Source: Octopus bimaculoides (lineage: Eukaryota). Taken from it: a DNA stretch of 64,000 nt. The position numbers and the translations under genes were made by a program. A model generated the notes under the pieces. That model did no database searches and was not told where the DNA came from. It saw only the letters and a list, made by a program, of their open reading frames with translations. The stretch spans positions 25,656,141 to 25,720,140 of the forward strand of contig NC_068985.1 in NCBI RefSeq assembly GCF_001194135.2. Reading direction: 5' to 3'. This document shows positions 1 to 64,000 of this stretch, one piece after another; positions within the stretch are counted from its first letter, which is position 1; the number at the start of each line of letters is the position of its first letter.

Positions 1-353
1 GCCTTATGTGCTTCAAGATTCATTGGTAAAAAAAAACGCAATTATCTCACATTCTCTTGAAAGTTTCTAAAATTCTTGTGACATTTTGAATCTTAATTTA
101 ATTGATTTTTTTATGAATTAAAATAGAGATTTAAGATTCAATAACATCTTTTTTGTATTCTAATTAATTTCACATCAAAACATGTTCACTATTGCTCAAT
201 TATTTTGACATCAATATCTAATATCCTAAAAGATCTAATTTATGAGAACTTGTAATGTTTCAAGGTAAGTGTTGGATATTTCTTTCATAGTTTCATTGAA
301 ATATATTACAATTTTCTTTATGTTTATTACAGAATTATAAAAATTTCACTTAC

Positions 354-62171
<61,818 letters not shown>

Positions 62172-62911
62172 CTGAAACAGATTTTAAATAATTTGTAAGA
62201 AACCTATGAGCACCTTAGAATAGAAGTATTTTAATGAGAAAATTAAACCAATCCTAGCACCCAATTTCAATTCCTATTCAAGTTTCATTTATCTCCCAAG
62301 TTTACTTCAATGCTAAATTTAGAAATTTTAACTTTAATTCAAATACTAATCTATAATCCATTTCATGATTTAAATTTTAAAACTCATATAATGAAGTTAA
62401 TTTCAACAACTCAACTTGACTTTATCTCACTTCAACCTCACATCTCTCAATCTATCAGTATTTTATATCCTAACTAATCAGAGCTTTCTCAACCTCTGCA
62501 TCACAATGTGATTACCTGATATTTCATTCATCTTCTAATACAACTCCCCAACTATGTTTGATAGCACCAATGACCAAATATTAAAGGTTTTGGTTGACCA
62601 TGTGTATAAATGACCCATATCAAATTGCAACACAACATTGGGACAGCCATCCTATACTTCTGCTTCTATTAAGTGACCCCTTTCTATATCCTTTCCTTAC
62701 TTCTCTTCACCCCTCTGTAACCTGTCTCCCTCCTTTTTTCTATCCCACTTGCATCTTCCCGGCTTTTCCTACCTTTTGTTATAACCTGAAATGGCTCTGA
62801 CGAAAGTAGCTTTAATTTTTTTTAGGTCATTCATTTTTATTCAACTGATCAACAGACCAATTGAATAAACCTATCAGTAACATACATATAACGACCATTA
62901 TCTATAATAAA

Positions 62912-63001
<90 letters not shown>

Positions 63002-63651
63002 GTTCAAAACTTACTGTGTAAAGATAACGTGTGCGTTTGATCGTGTGATACAAACAATATATGAGTATATGCATATATATGTACATGTATGTACATACCT
63101 TCATCTACATGTACATATAGATACATATCTGGGTACATGACGTTGCAAAAGAACATGGACAAAATGATAAACAAGGTACAACAAAAAAGCAGGCCACTTA
63201 GAGAACATATCCTTCATCAGCTGCCACCATTAAAACACCGGCATTATATGGGAGTGCTTCAACAGGTAGAAAAGCACTCAATCAGTAAGAGAGTAAAGAT
63301 AATCTTAAAAGAAATCTTGTAAATACAGCTATCCAGGGTTTCCTGGTCAAAATAGTAATTTATTTTGCCATTAATCAAGCTGAGAACAAGACCATTTGAC
63401 AAGAGAAAGTGGGAGTAAACCCAAAAGTTTTTTGAGACCTATTTTCATGACTAGATGATAGAGTAGGTGGAAGGTTGTAGAAGATTTTGTCAGTAAAGCC
63501 ACTATCCTATAGAGCTTTATTATAATATGAGGCAGTCTTTTCAAATATTTCTTGAAAAGAAGGGCATGTGATCATACAGCTAGTATTTGGAATTAAGATT
63601 TTAAACAATAGGTGGGTGACAGGAGTGTTTATATTTAAGGTTCTTATTAGA

Positions 63652-63690
<39 letters not shown>

Positions 63691-63813
63691 ATAATAATAT
63701 TAGGGACAAAATCCAAAATTACAGGTAAAATCTCAATTAAAATCAATTTATAAAAAATTAAAATTAAATTGAGCTTTATAGATTAAAATATATATAAAAT
63801 ATATAGTTTTAGG

Positions 63814-64000
63814 GAAAATAACCAAGTTTCAAGAACTCATCGATGAAAATCCACTATCACATATAGAAAATAATATTATCTTTATCTTATGATATTTACT
63901 TTGTTTTATATTATACTCATTTATTGTGCTTTTAATTATTAATTTTTCTATATGTGATAGTGGATTTTCATCGATGAGTTCTTGAAACTTGGTTATTTTC
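63814..64000. repeat. Perfect 57-bp inverted repeat, 73-bp spacer (runs to window edge)
   Basis: 63814-63870 is the exact reverse complement of 63944-64000. Confidence 0.92.

Overview
AT-rich, microsatellite-dense animal DNA with seven N-gaps (1856-1865, 2412-2934, 9409-9418, 29607-29706, 39270-39329, 54506-54979, 57578-58524). The repeat content (RTE-type LINE tails ending in (GAT)n, several tRNA-derived SINE families) looks like an octopus genome; this is inference from recalled repeat families. The whole window lies inside one minus-strand cadherin gene. I traced by hand 29 GT-AG exons (62171 down to 354; 4152 nt, 1384 codons) that splice into one phase-consistent open frame, incomplete at both ends. 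The upstream part resembles repeats EC2-EC3 of protocadherin-15/Cad99C (VNELTPIGTTIF, DGDD..P, a Cys-x6-Cys loop). On that numbering the gene runs to at least EC14, past the 11 repeats of that family. The extra repeats are an array of two-exon, all-phase-0 modules whose DxNDN calcium linker is replaced by xRNxx. Introns hold LINE, SINE, mariner, hAT and piggyBac-like fragments, many local inverted duplications, and several minimal hammerhead-ribozyme-like motifs of Penelope type, often as inverted pairs. No rRNA, true tRNA or CRISPR array was found.
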